Origin: Candidatus Colwellbacteria bacterium
Lineage (GTDB): Bacteria > Patescibacteriota > Minisyncoccia > UBA6257 > Colwellbacteraceae
Direction: 5' to 3'
NCBI GenBank assembly: GCA_027448785.1
Contig: DAIDMW010000002.1
Location: forward strand, 7,252-71,251
DNA length: 64,000 bases
Shown here: positions 1 to 9,508 of the stretch, piece by piece
Position numbering within the stretch: position 1 is the stretch's first letter
Layout: every line of letters starts with the position of its first letter
Notes under the pieces: generated by a model
The model's database searches: none
Seen by the model: the letters and a program-made list of their open reading frames with translations, nothing else
Told to the model about the DNA's origin: nothing
Program-made: the position numbers and the translations under genes

Positions 1-956
1 AGAAGAGTAGCTTTAATCTCTGTCGGATGATGGCCGTAATCGTCGTAGACCGCCGCGCCGTTTATGGCCGCTCCCTTAAATTCAAACCTTCTCCAGGTCC
101 CGGAAAAGGACGAGAGTGATTTCAAAGCCGTCCGCTTGCCGATGCCGGCTATCTCTGCCACCGCAAGCGCGGCTTTGGCGTTTTCCAGATTGTGCTTTCC
201 CGGTACCAACAGTTTCAAACCGGCAAGATTTTCTTTTTCGTAATCGACAACTCGGCATGCGGCTTTTCTTACGACCGGCTTTATTTTCGGATTATTCGCG
301 TCAGTGACCAGATAATCGTTTTTTCCAAGCTTGGAAACAAACTCGCTGAACGCCTTCCGGATATCCTTCAAATCCTTATAGTAATCCAGGTGGTCGTTAT
401 CGATGTTGGTGATAACGATAATTTTCGGTTCCAAGTTAAGGAAAGAGCGACGGTATTCGCAGGCTTCGGCTATGAAATACTTCCCGCGCCCGGCAATCAG
501 GTTGCTTTTTGCATCTTTTAAAAGGCTGCCGACCACGACCGTCGGATCCTTTTTTGCATCCTTGAAGATCTTTCCGATCATCGCCGTAGTAGTAGTTTTG
601 CCGTGCGTGCCGGAAACGGCAATAGTAAAGTGCTTTTTCGAAACGGCGCCCAAAGCCTGCGGATAAGTGAGAAGAGGTATGCATAGTTTCCGGGCCATCG
701 TCAGTTCCGGATTATCATCCGGAATGGCAATGGTGTAGACGACCAAGTCGGCGTCGGATGGAACCTGAGAGGATTTCTGCCCGATATAAATCTTCGCTCC
801 GATTTTTCCAAGCTCCTCGGTTATGGGAGAGGACGCGCGATCCGAGCCGCTAACCTTTACTCCATTCTTCAGCATCATTCGCGCAATGGCCGAAATGCCG
901 ATGCCGCCAATGCCGATGAAGTGCGCTTTCTTTATTCTTTTAAAATCAATCTCCAT
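1..956 (-). CDS. murC: UDP-N-acetylmuramate--L-alanine ligase MurC (partial, C-terminus beyond window edge)
   Basis: Reverse-strand translation from the ATG at 956 gives MEIDFKRIKKAHFIGIGGIGISAIARMML...GTHGKTTTTAM..., the MurC N-terminal and P-loop signatures. The frame stays open to position 1. Confidence 0.85.
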   Translation of the reverse strand, partial: MEIDFKRIKKAHFIGIGGIGISAIARMMLKNGVKVSGSDRASSPITEELGKIGAKIYIGQKSSQVPSDADLVVYTIAIPDDNPELTMARKLCIPLLTYPQALGAVSKKHFTIAVSGTHGKTTTTAMIGKIFKDAKKDPTVVVGSLLKDAKSNLIAGRGKYFIAEACEYRRSFLNLEPKIIVITNIDNDHLDYYKDLKDIRKAFSEFVSKLGKNDYLVTDANNPKIKPVVRKAACRVVDYEKENLAGLKLLVPGKHNLENAKAALAVAEIAGIGKRTALKSLSSFSGTWRRFEFKGAAINGAAVYDDYGHHPTEIKATL

Positions 957-957
957 C

Positions 958-2364
958 TTATTTGCTTTTCCCCTCCAATATTCTTCCGACTTCTTTATTA
1001 AACTGGTTGCCGCGGTCGTACTCGTTCTTAAACATGCCGAAGCTGGCCGCCCCGGGCGAGAGAAGGATCAAGTCCCCTCTCCTCGCGACTTTCACCGCCT
1101 CCGCCACAGCTTCCTTCATGGAAGCAACCTCCGTGAAACGAGCATTCTTTTCTTCCAGCTCCTTCTTTATTATATCGGTAGCCGATCCGCGGAAAAGGAT
1201 CGTCTCCTTCGCGCATTTTTTTGCCAGCGTGGCCATTTTCGAAAATTCCAGGCGCTTGTCGTACCCTCCGGCCAGGAGTATTATCCTGCCTTTTTTGTCG
1301 GATAGAGCATTAAAGGCCGCGACTGTTGCATCCGGCGTCGTTGCGGTCGTGTCGTTGTAAAACTCAACGCCATTGCGTTTGCCGACAAACTCCAGCCGGC
1401 CGGCCAAGCCGGAGAAGCGGCGCAGAGCTTCCCTGACGGCTTTGGTCGGCAAGCCGTAAATCTTAGCAGCAGCCACCGCCGCCAAAGCGTTCTCCAGATT
1501 GGATTTCCCCAATATTTTCAGAGCGCTAGCCGGAGCAATAAGCTCGCGTTTTCCTCCGAGCTGGAAGTATATCTTTCCATCCTGCAGGTATGCGCCGTCC
1601 ATTTTTCCGATGGGCCGCAGCGAAAACCAGATCAGGCGCGCGCGCTTTTTTTTTATTCTCTTCCGCACCTCGGCGTTGTCGCGGTTTGCGATCAGAAAGT
1701 GATCGGCGTTCTGAAAAAGGAAGATGTTATCCTTGTCCCGGTAGTAAGCCTCCAGATTTGGGTACTTGTCCTGGTGGTCGATCAGAAGGTTGGTTAGAAC
1801 AGCGATTTGCGGGCTTTTCTCCGCCGTTCTAAATCCGCGCAACAGCCAGCTGGAAAGCTCGGCGACGACCACGTCTTTCTTCTTCAACTTGCCGAGATAC
1901 TTTAAAGGCGAAACGCCGATATTGCCGCAAAGAACCGCGCTTTTACCGGCCGCGCGGAACATCTCGTCAATCAAGGCCGATGTCGTGCTCTTGCCTCTGG
2001 TGCCAGTAACGCCTATCAAAAAATTACTCTCTTTTTCCAAAAAAATATTCCAATCGTTGATAATCGGCACTCCCATCCTTCGCGCCTCCTCAAGATAAGG
2101 AGAGGTGTCGGGCACGCTGGGGTTCTGAAAGACGACGTCAGCCGACCGGAAATCGCCAAACCTGTGCCGCCCCAAGACTAACTTCAAGTTCTTACGCTCT
2201 TTCAAGCGCTTCAATTGCGCTCCAAGTTCGGCTTCTGTTTTCAGATCGGTAACTAAAACTTCCCGCGCTCCGGCCTTGGAAAAGTAAAGCGCGGCCATGA
2301 TGCCGCTGCCATCACGATATCCGCCCAGACCCATGATTACGATTTTTTTGCCTCGATAATCCAT
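958..2364 (-). CDS. murD: UDP-N-acetylmuramoylalanine--D-glutamate ligase MurD
   Basis: 468-aa ORF. N-terminus reads KKIVIMGLGGYRDGSG and the P-loop reads GVTGTRGKSTT. Its stop lies 1 bp upstream of the murC start. Confidence 0.9.
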   Translation of the reverse strand: MDYRGKKIVIMGLGGYRDGSGIMAALYFSKAGAREVLVTDLKTEAELGAQLKRLKERKNLKLVLGRHRFGDFRSADVVFQNPSVPDTSPYLEEARRMGVPIINDWNIFLEKESNFLIGVTGTRGKSTTSALIDEMFRAAGKSAVLCGNIGVSPLKYLGKLKKKDVVVAELSSWLLRGFRTAEKSPQIAVLTNLLIDHQDKYPNLEAYYRDKDNIFLFQNADHFLIANRDNAEVRKRIKKKRARLIWFSLRPIGKMDGAYLQDGKIYFQLGGKRELIAPASALKILGKSNLENALAAVAAAKIYGLPTKAVREALRRFSGLAGRLEFVGKRNGVEFYNDTTATTPDATVAAFNALSDKKGRIILLAGGYDKRLEFSKMATLAKKCAKETILFRGSATDIIKKELEEKNARFTEVASMKEAVAEAVKVARRGDLILLSPGAASFGMFKNEYDRGNQFNKEVGRILEGKSK

Positions 2365-2396
2365 GTAATGCTTACGATACTCCCAAGGAGGAAAAA

Positions 2397-2570
2397 CTCA
2401 AAGAGCGAAAAAGCGCAGAGATAAAAGCGCAAAACTAAAAGCTAAAAGCGAAAAACAACGACTAAGGACTAGGGGTTAGGGACTGCGAATTAGGATTGCG
2501 GACTAAACCCTAATCCCCAGTCCCTAGTCCCTACATTAACTTTTGCGCTTTTAGCTTTGCGCTCTTAAGC
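2397..2570. repeat. Modular palindromic intergenic repeat, copy R1 (A-rich arm ...aaagcgcaaaactaaaagctaaaagcgaaaaac; T-rich arm ttttgcgcttttagctttgcgctctt; inner core gcggactaaaccctaatccccagtcc)
   Basis: Arms are near-perfect reverse complements. The 26-nt core at 2498-2523 recurs exactly at 63630-63655. Confidence 0.8.
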
Positions 2571-2873
2571 CGATATCTTCTCGATCTGCACCTCGGTGAA
2601 GTGCTGGCGGTGGGTGTTTTTAGTCCGCTTCCTAGTCTTGGAATGATAATGGAAAACCACCTCCTTGCGCGTGCGCCCCTGGCGCAGTATTACCGCCTCG
2701 GCCTTCGCTTTCAAATAAGGCATTCCGATCTTCACCTCTCCGCCATCGGCGAAAAGAAGCACCTTGTCAAAAGATACCTTGTCGCCGGCTGCTCCGGCCA
2801 GCTTCTCCACCTTAACCTTTGTTCCGGGTTCGGCTTTATACTGCTTTCCACCCGTCTCGATAATCGCGAACAT
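2565..2873 (-). CDS. rplU: 50S ribosomal protein L21
   Basis: 102 aa, MFAIIETGGKQYKAEPGTKVKVEKL..., a typical L21 sequence. Confidence 0.9.
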   Translation of the reverse strand: MFAIIETGGKQYKAEPGTKVKVEKLAGAAGDKVSFDKVLLFADGGEVKIGMPYLKAKAEAVILRQGRTRKEVVFHYHSKTRKRTKNTHRQHFTEVQIEKISA

Positions 2874-2916
2874 AACAAGGACAGTATAGCGGCTCGCCCG
2901 TTTGCCGTCAATCAGG

Positions 2917-3246
2917 CTAATTGAGCCGCACGAGCATTATTGAAAAGGCCAGAAAGAAGACCGACGAGGCTAAAGCGCCGGCTATCAGAAGGTAAGAGAG
3001 GAACTTAGCCGAACGGTAAAGAGCGGACGCCAAAAACCAGCTGCCGGCGGCAATCGCCAGGCCGGTAATGAAAATAAAAGACAGGGATTCCCAGCCGCCG
3101 GCCACCGCCAAACCGCTCAGAGTGTCGTATCTTATGACGAAAGGCCCGCTCTGGTCGCGCAGGGCGGATAGCGGCCAGCCGATAGCGATAAAAGTCAAAA
3201 GGAGGCTAAGAGCCGCCGCACCGACCAATTTCCTGTCATGCCACAT
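2917..3246 (-). CDS. Small integral membrane protein (about 4 TM), hypothetical
   Basis: Hydrophobic ORF. The annotated ORF start overlaps tRNA-Glu, so the start was moved to the MWHDRKL Met. Confidence 0.5.
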   Translation of the reverse strand: MWHDRKLVGAAALSLLLTFIAIGWPLSALRDQSGPFVIRYDTLSGLAVAGGWESLSFIFITGLAIAAGSWFLASALYRSAKFLSYLLIAGALASSVFFLAFSIMLVRLN

Positions 3247-3258
3247 TTTTTTTGATAG

Positions 3259-3333
3259 TACCGTTACCGGGATTCGAACCCGGGTTCCATGGCTGAGAAC
3301 CATGTGTCCTGGACCAGGCTAGACGATAACGGC
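3259..3333 (-). tRNA. tRNA-Glu (anticodon CTC)
   Basis: Hand-folded cloverleaf: acceptor gccgtta/taacggt; D-arm tcgtctagcctggtccaggac resembles E. coli tRNA-Glu; anticodon stem catgg/ccatg with loop ttCTCag; T-arm ccggg-ttcgaat-cccgg. No encoded CCA. Confidence 0.8.
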
Positions 3334-3390
3334 TGAAGCTTCCGCATTATACCAGATAGCTTAAAAAACGCCAGAGTTTCCGCACTTTAT

Positions 3391-4677
3391 CTATCCCCGC
3401 AGCCAGTGCCCGTACTGCCTGACCAGGAGTTTCGAGGCCTTTTCCGGCTCGGCCATTATCTCCAAAACGATTTTCTCCATCCGCGCCGACTGCGACCCCT
3501 TTATCAGGATCAAGTCTTTGGGTTTTATGAGATCCTGCACCTTCTTTTTCGCCTCATCAGCGGAGTCGAAACTCCAAACTGCCTCCTCCGGCAATCCTTT
3601 TTCAACCGCCCCCTTGGCGATGAATTTCGCTTTGACCCCGACCGTCACCAGGATGTTCACGGTTTCCGCCGCGACAGCTCCGGTGTCTTCGTGGGCGGAA
3701 GCCGTATATTTACCGAGCTCCGACATGTCGCCCAAGACGGCAATCTTCCGCGGGGCGGGAATCTCTTTTAATATCTCCAGCGCCGACCAGGTCGAAAGCG
3801 GAGAAGCGTTATAAGTATCGTCGATTATGTATGAATCTTTCACACCCGGCAGTATCCTCGCGCGTCCGCGCTCTCCGGGATAGCGGGCCAGCGCCTCCGA
3901 TATTTGAACCAGGTTCAATCCCTGGGATATCCCGACCGCCGCCGCCGCCGCGGCGGCGTACGCGTGCGGCTTCCCCAAAACTCCGTCGATACGCACCGGC
4001 ACGAAACCCCCTCCGTACTCCAGCTTGAAAACTATGCCGGTCGGCCGACCATCCTCGCTCTTGTTTTCAAATCCCGAGATCCGCATCGACGCCCCTTCCT
4101 TGAAGCCGAAGGTTATCACTTTTGACTTGGTTTTCTCCTTCATCTCGAAAACATACGGATCGTCATAGTTCAAAATAGCGAATCCGTTGCCGTTCAAGCT
4201 GCGCACCAAGCGCGATTTTTCCGTGGCCACCTCTTCGGCATCGTTGTAAAACTCGACATGGACGGGGACGGCGCCGACCGCGGTTACCACCGCCACCTCC
4301 GGGCGTACGATCTCCAGAAGATAACCGATATCCCCGGGGCGGTCGGCTCCGTACTCCAAAACTATCGCTTCGGGATAAGGAAGGCGGAAAATCAGCCAGA
4401 CAACAGCGCGACCAACGACTTTCAGCCAAAAAAACGCTCCGCCCGAAGAGCTGTAGTCGCCGATGATCGCGAGTGGCAGACCCAGCTCGCTATTGAGATT
4501 GCCGGCCGGCATCCTCGTCTTATACTTGGAATTTAAAACGGCAGCCGTTGCCAGCTTGGTCGAAGTTTTGCCGACGCTGCCCGTGATTCCCACCACCAGC
4601 GGATGGTATCTTCTAATCAGCGCCTTTGCCAGGCGCTTTAGCAGTTTTTGCAGTTTTTTCAAAGCCCAGTTTCTCAT
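3391..4677 (-). CDS. murF: UDP-MurNAc-tripeptide--D-Ala-D-Ala ligase MurF
   Basis: 428 aa. P-loop GITGSVGKTSTK and the MurF-type motif AGNLNSELGLPLAIIG. Confidence 0.8.
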   Translation of the reverse strand: MRNWALKKLQKLLKRLAKALIRRYHPLVVGITGSVGKTSTKLATAAVLNSKYKTRMPAGNLNSELGLPLAIIGDYSSSGGAFFWLKVVGRAVVWLIFRLPYPEAIVLEYGADRPGDIGYLLEIVRPEVAVVTAVGAVPVHVEFYNDAEEVATEKSRLVRSLNGNGFAILNYDDPYVFEMKEKTKSKVITFGFKEGASMRISGFENKSEDGRPTGIVFKLEYGGGFVPVRIDGVLGKPHAYAAAAAAAVGISQGLNLVQISEALARYPGERGRARILPGVKDSYIIDDTYNASPLSTWSALEILKEIPAPRKIAVLGDMSELGKYTASAHEDTGAVAAETVNILVTVGVKAKFIAKGAVEKGLPEEAVWSFDSADEAKKKVQDLIKPKDLILIKGSQSARMEKIVLEIMAEPEKASKLLVRQYGHWLRG

Positions 4678-4678
4678 T

Positions 4679-6334
4679 TTAAGGAACTAAGGTTGACGAA
4701 CTATTCATTGGATAGTTGTCCGGCGGCACATTATAGTAGTTCAGAATAAAGCTCGCTAGCTGCTGCCAATAAGGCACGACGATTCCGGAAAGCGGAGCTC
4801 CGGCCGGTTCGTAAAGCACGATCAAGGCGACGAATTTGGGGTTATGAGCCGGTGCGAAACCGATGTAGCTGTCGATGACTTGACTGGTGTATCCGCCGGT
4901 CTTCAGGTTCGGAACCTGCGCCGTTCCGCTTTTGCCGGCCACGTTGTATCCGGGTATCTCCGCCAGCTTTCCGTGCATCACATCGTGTTCCATCATCGTC
5001 ACCGTCTCATCGGCGGCGGTGGCGGAAATGACGCGGCGAACGACTTTCGGAGACTGATCGCCGTCCACGTACGGCTGCATCATCACACCGTGGTTGGCGA
5101 TGGTCGAGATCGCCTCAACCATGCGCATAGGCGTCGCTGAGACGCCTTGGCCGAAGCTGGCAGCGGCCCAATCGATCGGTTCGGTGTGCGTCCTGGTAAG
5201 CTGGTGCAGGCTGCCGACCACCTCGCCCGGAAGATCAATTCCGGTCTTAACGTTAAAACCGAATTTGTAAAGATAATTGAGGAAATTTTGGTTACCCAAC
5301 CTATTTTCCACGAATGCGGCTCCGATGTTTAGCGAGTCGGCGATGACCGTCGTCATGTTTGTCCAGCCGTGAGCCTTCTTGTCCCAGTCGAAAATCGTGT
5401 GCCCGTTCAGCACCAGCCGTCCACTGTCGTAATACTCGGTGCTGGTTTGTATAACTCCGGCATCCAACGCTGAAGACATCGTTACCGGCTTCATAATCGA
5501 TCCGGGCTCGAAAATACTCTGCACGGCCGGATCGATGAAAGAGTTGAGCGGGTACTGGCCGTAGCTGTTGGGGTTGAAGTCCGGCAGGTTGGCCAGGGCG
5601 AGAATGGCCCCCGTCTGCGGGTTTTCCACGATGAAGGTTCCGCCAGCCGCCTTGTGCTGGGTTATCGCTTCATTCAAGAGATACTCGGCCTGGGCCTGGA
5701 TGTTGCGGTCGATTGTCAGGTGAATATCCTTGCCGTCGACGGCCGAGGTAGCCACGCCGTTAGCCACCTCGCCGGGGGTTCCGGTCAAAGTCGCGTTATA
5801 ATATTTTTCCGCTCCGTACATTCCCACCGGCGGAGTGCTTTGGGATACATAGCCGACGACCTGGGAAGCCAAGGTGCCCAGCGGATAATACCGTCCCACT
5901 ATTTCGTTGACATAGACGCCCATCATCTTAGCGTTATCAACCGAGTCGGCCTGAGCCGAGGTCGCTCGCTTTATCAAGATAGAGTACATGGAGTTTTTAT
6001 TGCTTAAAACCTGCAGCAAATTGCCGGGAAGGTTGGTGCCGCCCAGAAGGTTGTCCAACTCGGCGGCGGTCGTGGTCGGGCTGACAATGTCTTTCGGCAC
6101 CGCGTAAATCTGCGGATAATCGCGGTTAATGGCCGCCGGTATCTCGTCGCCACTGCTATCGGTCAGATAAATGTTCCCGCGGTTGGGAATCGATGCCATC
6201 GACCACTTCGCGAGAGACGCCGCTTTGGCGCTATAATATCCGCCCTTGTGGAGCTGGATGTTATAAAGATTGAAACCTAAAATCGAGTATAAAACGCAGA
6301 AAGCTGCGATTAAGAACGTGATACGAAAGCCCAT
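4679..6334 (-). CDS. ftsI: Class B penicillin-binding protein / peptidoglycan transpeptidase FtsI
   Basis: 551 aa. N-terminal TM anchor, then the transpeptidase motifs SxxK (GSIMK), SLN and KSGT (AGKSGTAQ). Confidence 0.85.
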   Translation of the reverse strand: MGFRITFLIAAFCVLYSILGFNLYNIQLHKGGYYSAKAASLAKWSMASIPNRGNIYLTDSSGDEIPAAINRDYPQIYAVPKDIVSPTTTAAELDNLLGGTNLPGNLLQVLSNKNSMYSILIKRATSAQADSVDNAKMMGVYVNEIVGRYYPLGTLASQVVGYVSQSTPPVGMYGAEKYYNATLTGTPGEVANGVATSAVDGKDIHLTIDRNIQAQAEYLLNEAITQHKAAGGTFIVENPQTGAILALANLPDFNPNSYGQYPLNSFIDPAVQSIFEPGSIMKPVTMSSALDAGVIQTSTEYYDSGRLVLNGHTIFDWDKKAHGWTNMTTVIADSLNIGAAFVENRLGNQNFLNYLYKFGFNVKTGIDLPGEVVGSLHQLTRTHTEPIDWAAASFGQGVSATPMRMVEAISTIANHGVMMQPYVDGDQSPKVVRRVISATAADETVTMMEHDVMHGKLAEIPGYNVAGKSGTAQVPNLKTGGYTSQVIDSYIGFAPAHNPKFVALIVLYEPAGAPLSGIVVPYWQQLASFILNYYNVPPDNYPMNSSSTLVP

Positions 6335-6603
6335 TGTGGATTAACTTCTCTCACCAATCCATCCGCCGCGGCCAGATTCTTCAGATTGTTCGGATCGGTT
6401 ATTTTGTAGAATTGATCTTTCAGCTCAGCATTTTTCACCTGCGCATTCTGCACTGATTGCGTTAGGCTTGCGATATCCTGACTGACACTGACTGTTCTAG
6501 AATAAATAATTATGGTGAGTGAAGCAACACCGACCAGCAGGCCGCTGAGGATGATTATCAGCTTTAAGATTCCGCTGTCTTTGTTTGGTTGAATTACCGT
6601 CAT
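6310..6603 (-). CDS. FtsL-like / septum formation initiator family protein
   Basis: 97 aa with a single TM and a coiled-coil tail. It sits between rsmH and ftsI, the conserved dcw order. Confidence 0.6.
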   Translation of the reverse strand: MTVIQPNKDSGILKLIIILSGLLVGVASLTIIIYSRTVSVSQDIASLTQSVQNAQVKNAELKDQFYKITDPNNLKNLAAADGLVREVNPQWAFVSRS

Positions 6604-6624
6604 CTCTCTTTGCTTTCTTGTTTC

Positions 6625-7545
6625 TTATTCGACCTTTTTATTTTTCTTTCCGGTCATCCGCACCGCCCGCAGTTTGGCGGAGCGGCTGCGCGGATTATTC
6701 AAAACCTCGCTTCTTTTGGGGACGACCGGCTTCTTGTTGATTAATTCGGCCTCGCCGGATTTCTGCAGGTCACGGAAAGCGTTCTTCACCATCCGGTCTT
6801 CCAGGGAATGGAAAGAGATGACCGCCGCCCGGCCGTTAACGCCCATCACCTCCGGCAAATCGCTCAATAGGCGGCGCAGGTTGTCTAATTCTCCGTTAAC
6901 CGCGATGCGCAGCGCCTGGAAGACCCTGGTCGCCGGATTTATCTTCCGGTGCGCCGAGGCGGGCAGCGAACTGTAGACGATCTCGGTCAGCTCGCCGACG
7001 CGGAAAATCTTTCCCTTCTTACGGGCCTCGACGATCGCTTTGGCTATACGGCGGGAGAACCTTTCCTCTCCGTACTTCCAGAAGATCTCGGCCAATTCGG
7101 ATTCGGCGGCGCCGTTTACGATATCGGCGGCAGTCGCTCCATTAGTAGCGTCGTAACGCATATCAAGCTCTTCCTCAGGCTTAGCAAAACTAAAGCCTCG
7201 GCCGCTGGTTAGGTGCGCCGAAGAAAACCCTAGGTCTAGGAGAAGAACGTCGGCAAAGTCCGCTCCGGCGCCGCTTAGAATAGATCTGGCGTCGGCGTAA
7301 TTACCGCGCACCCAGGTCGCAGACAGCGACGGAAATCGCTCGGTTACCGCGGCTTTGGCCTCGGCCAGGTTGACTTCGTCCAAGTCGGCGGCGATAAACG
7401 TTCCCTGCCCTCCCATCTTCTCGGCGATAGCTAAGGCATGTCCCCCGCTTCCAACCGTTCCGTCAAAAACAGTTTCGCCCGGCTTCGGATCGAGGACGGC
7501 AACAGTTTCTTCTAGCAAAACCGGGATGTGCGCTGTTTCTTTCAT
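6625..7545 (-). CDS. rsmH: 16S rRNA (cytosine1402-N4)-methyltransferase RsmH (MraW)
   Basis: 306 aa, MKETAHIPVLLEETVAVL...FDGTVGSGGHA, the SAM-dependent methyltransferase signature of RsmH. Confidence 0.9.
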   Translation of the reverse strand: MKETAHIPVLLEETVAVLDPKPGETVFDGTVGSGGHALAIAEKMGGQGTFIAADLDEVNLAEAKAAVTERFPSLSATWVRGNYADARSILSGAGADFADVLLLDLGFSSAHLTSGRGFSFAKPEEELDMRYDATNGATAADIVNGAAESELAEIFWKYGEERFSRRIAKAIVEARKKGKIFRVGELTEIVYSSLPASAHRKINPATRVFQALRIAVNGELDNLRRLLSDLPEVMGVNGRAAVISFHSLEDRMVKNAFRDLQKSGEAELINKKPVVPKRSEVLNNPRSRSAKLRAVRMTGKKNKKVE

Positions 7546-7548
7546 AGG

Positions 7549-7980
7549 CTAAATTCCTAGTTCTCCCAACTTTTCGGCGATCTCGTCCCCCGCGCTCTCC
7601 GTCTTCTCACGGTACTTCTGCCATGCCGCCTCATCCCAGACCTCCACGCGGTTGTAGACGCCGATAACCTTCACGCTTTTACCCAAACCGGCGTATTTCC
7701 TGAGATAATCGGGAATAAGGATCCTTCCCTGCGAATCGAGCTCGGCGCTCGAGGCTCCGGAAAGCATCAGTCTAGCAAAAGCCCTGGAGTTTGCTTGGGC
7801 CAACGGCAAAGCGACGATCTTTTGCGCCAGCGCCTCCCAATCGGCTTCGGTAAAAACAAACAAACAGTGATCCAATCCCCTGGTTATGATGGCTCCGGAG
7901 GATATTTGGTTGCGGAACTTTGCCGGTACGGCGACCCGCCCTTTGGTATCCACTGAATGTTTGAATTCTCCGATAAACAT
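7549..7980 (-). CDS. mraZ: Transcriptional regulator MraZ
   Basis: MFIGEFKHSVDTKGRVAVPAKFR... matches the MraZ fold. The start is placed at the MFIGEF Met; the ORF continues upstream to 8004, where it overlaps DnaA box 1. Confidence 0.85.
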   Translation of the reverse strand: MFIGEFKHSVDTKGRVAVPAKFRNQISSGAIITRGLDHCLFVFTEADWEALAQKIVALPLAQANSRAFARLMLSGASSAELDSQGRILIPDYLRKYAGLGKSVKVIGVYNRVEVWDEAAWQKYREKTESAGDEIAEKLGELGI

Positions 7981-7994
7981 TAGGTTGATGTCAC

Positions 7995-8046
7995 TTATCC
8001 ACAAAAATTGGCTATTTTGGGGTAGTTATCCACACAGTTATCCACA
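7995..8046. promoter_or_regulatory. Cluster of three perfect DnaA boxes (TTATCCACA at 7995-8003, 8026-8034 and 8038-8046) upstream of mraZ
   Basis: Exact 9-mer consensus three times on the same strand within 52 bp. A weaker TTATCAACA lies at 8173-8181, followed by AT-rich DNA. Confidence 0.6.
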
Positions 8047-8298
8047 ATTCCCCACTTACATGTAAGTTTACCCATCCTAACCGCTTAAGTCAAAATACGG
8101 ACAAACGCCGGCCCGTACGGAAAAAAGCTTTTATTCAAAGGAAAAAATAAGCTTATAAGCGTATAGGAATAAGTTATCAACAGATTGGTACAAAAAAGGT
8201 TCTTCCCCACCTAGGAAAAAGAAAGCGTAAAAGGCAAAACGCGACCAGCTGTTAGTCGCCGGTTCTTTTGCGCTTTAAGTTTCGCGCTTTTTGTCGAA

Positions 8299-8373
8299 TG
8301 GTGGGCAATACTGGATTCGAACCAGTGACCCCTTGTGTGTGATACAAGTGCTCTGCCACTGAGCTAATTGCCC
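8299..8373 (-). tRNA. tRNA-Val (anticodon CAC), CCA encoded
   Basis: Cloverleaf: acceptor gggcaat/attgccc; D-arm gctcagtggcagagc; anticodon stem cttgt/acaag with loop atCACac; T-arm actgg-ttcgaat-ccagt; 3' CCA present. Confidence 0.8.
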
Positions 8374-8426
8374 CGCTGGAGATTAAAGACTAGTGACCAA
8401 CGCCAATCACCATAAAAACATTATAA

Positions 8427-8454
8427 ACCAAAAAGCGCCTTGGATAAAGGCGCT
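8427..8454 (-). terminator. Rho-independent terminator after rplL
   Basis: Hairpin agcgcctt-ggata-aaggcgct, followed on the minus strand by a T-run (tttttggttta). Confidence 0.6.
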
Positions 8455-8475
8455 TTCTTGGCAAAATTAAGTCTT

Positions 8476-8838
8476 TTACTGGATCTCAACGGTGGCGCCA
8501 GCCTCGGTCAGTTTTTGCTTCAACTCCTCGGCTTCTTCCTTTTTCAATCCTTCCTTGACTACCTTCGGGGCTCCGTCAACCAAATCCTTGGCCTCTTTTA
8601 AGCCGAGACCGGTAGCCTCGCGGACCACTTTGATGACGTTGATCTTCTGGTCACCGGCGGCCTGGAGCATGACATTGAAGGAGGTCTTCTCCTCGACGGC
8701 GGCTCCGGATGCGGCGGCTCCGGATGCGGCCGGCATGGCGGCGCTGATCCCGAACTTCTCCTCCATCGCCTTGACCAGCTCGGCCAATTCGACGACGCTC
8801 ATTTTTTCGATCTCCGATATAAACTTGTCCTTTTCCAT
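8476..8838 (-). CDS. rplL: 50S ribosomal protein L7/L12
   Basis: 120 aa, [30 protein letters not shown]... with an Ala-rich hinge and the C-terminal domain. Confidence 0.92.
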   Translation of the reverse strand: MEKDKFISEIEKMSVVELAELVKAMEEKFGISAAMPAASGAAASGAAVEEKTSFNVMLQAAGDQKINVIKVVREATGLGLKEAKDLVDGAPKVVKEGLKKEEAEELKQKLTEAGATVEIQ

Positions 8839-8862
8839 TTTGTTTGTTTTTTTAACTAACTT

Positions 8863-9351
8863 TTACGACTGCTTTGATTTTTCCTGCAGAATGTACATAA
8901 ACATCCTGAGAGGCGCGGTCATGGTTCCCATAACCTGAGCGAGAAGAACCTCCCGCGTGGGCAGCTGTCCAATCGCCATTACGGTCGCGGCGTCGAACTG
9001 CTGTTTTTTAGCAAGATCCAATCCTCCGAGGATCTTGAAGTTTCCCGATTCCTTGGAAAAACGATAGACTTTGCCGGCCACTGAGCTGATGTCATCATTG
9101 GCGAACACGGTACCGACCTGCGACTCGAACTCGGTCGGATCAAGGTCGATGCCCTTTTCCTGCAAGATGATGCGCAGCAGCCTCTTCTTGATTACGTCGA
9201 ATTCGGCTCCCGACTCTCGCAGCGATCTTTTAAGCGAACGAATCGCCTCGACTTTAGTCCCAGAAAAGTCGGCAAAGATGACGGAACCGGACGAAGCCAT
9301 TTTCTTCTTCCCTTCCTCCAGCGCTTCTTTTTTCTGCTCTTTTGTCTTCAT
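8863..9351 (-). CDS. rplJ: 50S ribosomal protein L10
   Basis: 162 aa, L10-like. Lies immediately upstream of rplL, the conserved gene order. Confidence 0.88.
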   Translation of the reverse strand: MKTKEQKKEALEEGKKKMASSGSVIFADFSGTKVEAIRSLKRSLRESGAEFDVIKKRLLRIILQEKGIDLDPTEFESQVGTVFANDDISSVAGKVYRFSKESGNFKILGGLDLAKKQQFDAATVMAIGQLPTREVLLAQVMGTMTAPLRMFMYILQEKSKQS

Positions 9352-9508
9352 AGAAAAATAAAAAACCGCGAATCCGCAGTTTCTAGATTATTTCCTCGGC
9401 GGGGCTTATCGACCTTCTGCTACCTGGTAGCAGAGCCTTGCCCGCTGTCTGCGGATTGCCTGTTAAATTTAAAGGAGGCGGCCGTTTTTGTCAAACGGAC
9501 GATGAGAC

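Noticed and set aside
7995-8300. Chromosomal origin of replication (oriC)
   Set aside because: The DnaA boxes are real, but genes on both flanks are co-oriented (minus strand) and no dnaA or dnaN is adjacent. A DnaA-regulated promoter or titration site is more plausible from this window alone, so it is kept as a finding and not called oriC.
9352-9508. L10 (rplJ) autoregulatory leader RNA
   Set aside because: It is positionally plausible (157 nt between rpmG and rplJ, with a hairpin gccgttt-ttgtc-aaacggc), but I cannot verify the conserved L10-leader kink-turn/L7Ae-like motif by eye. Not called.
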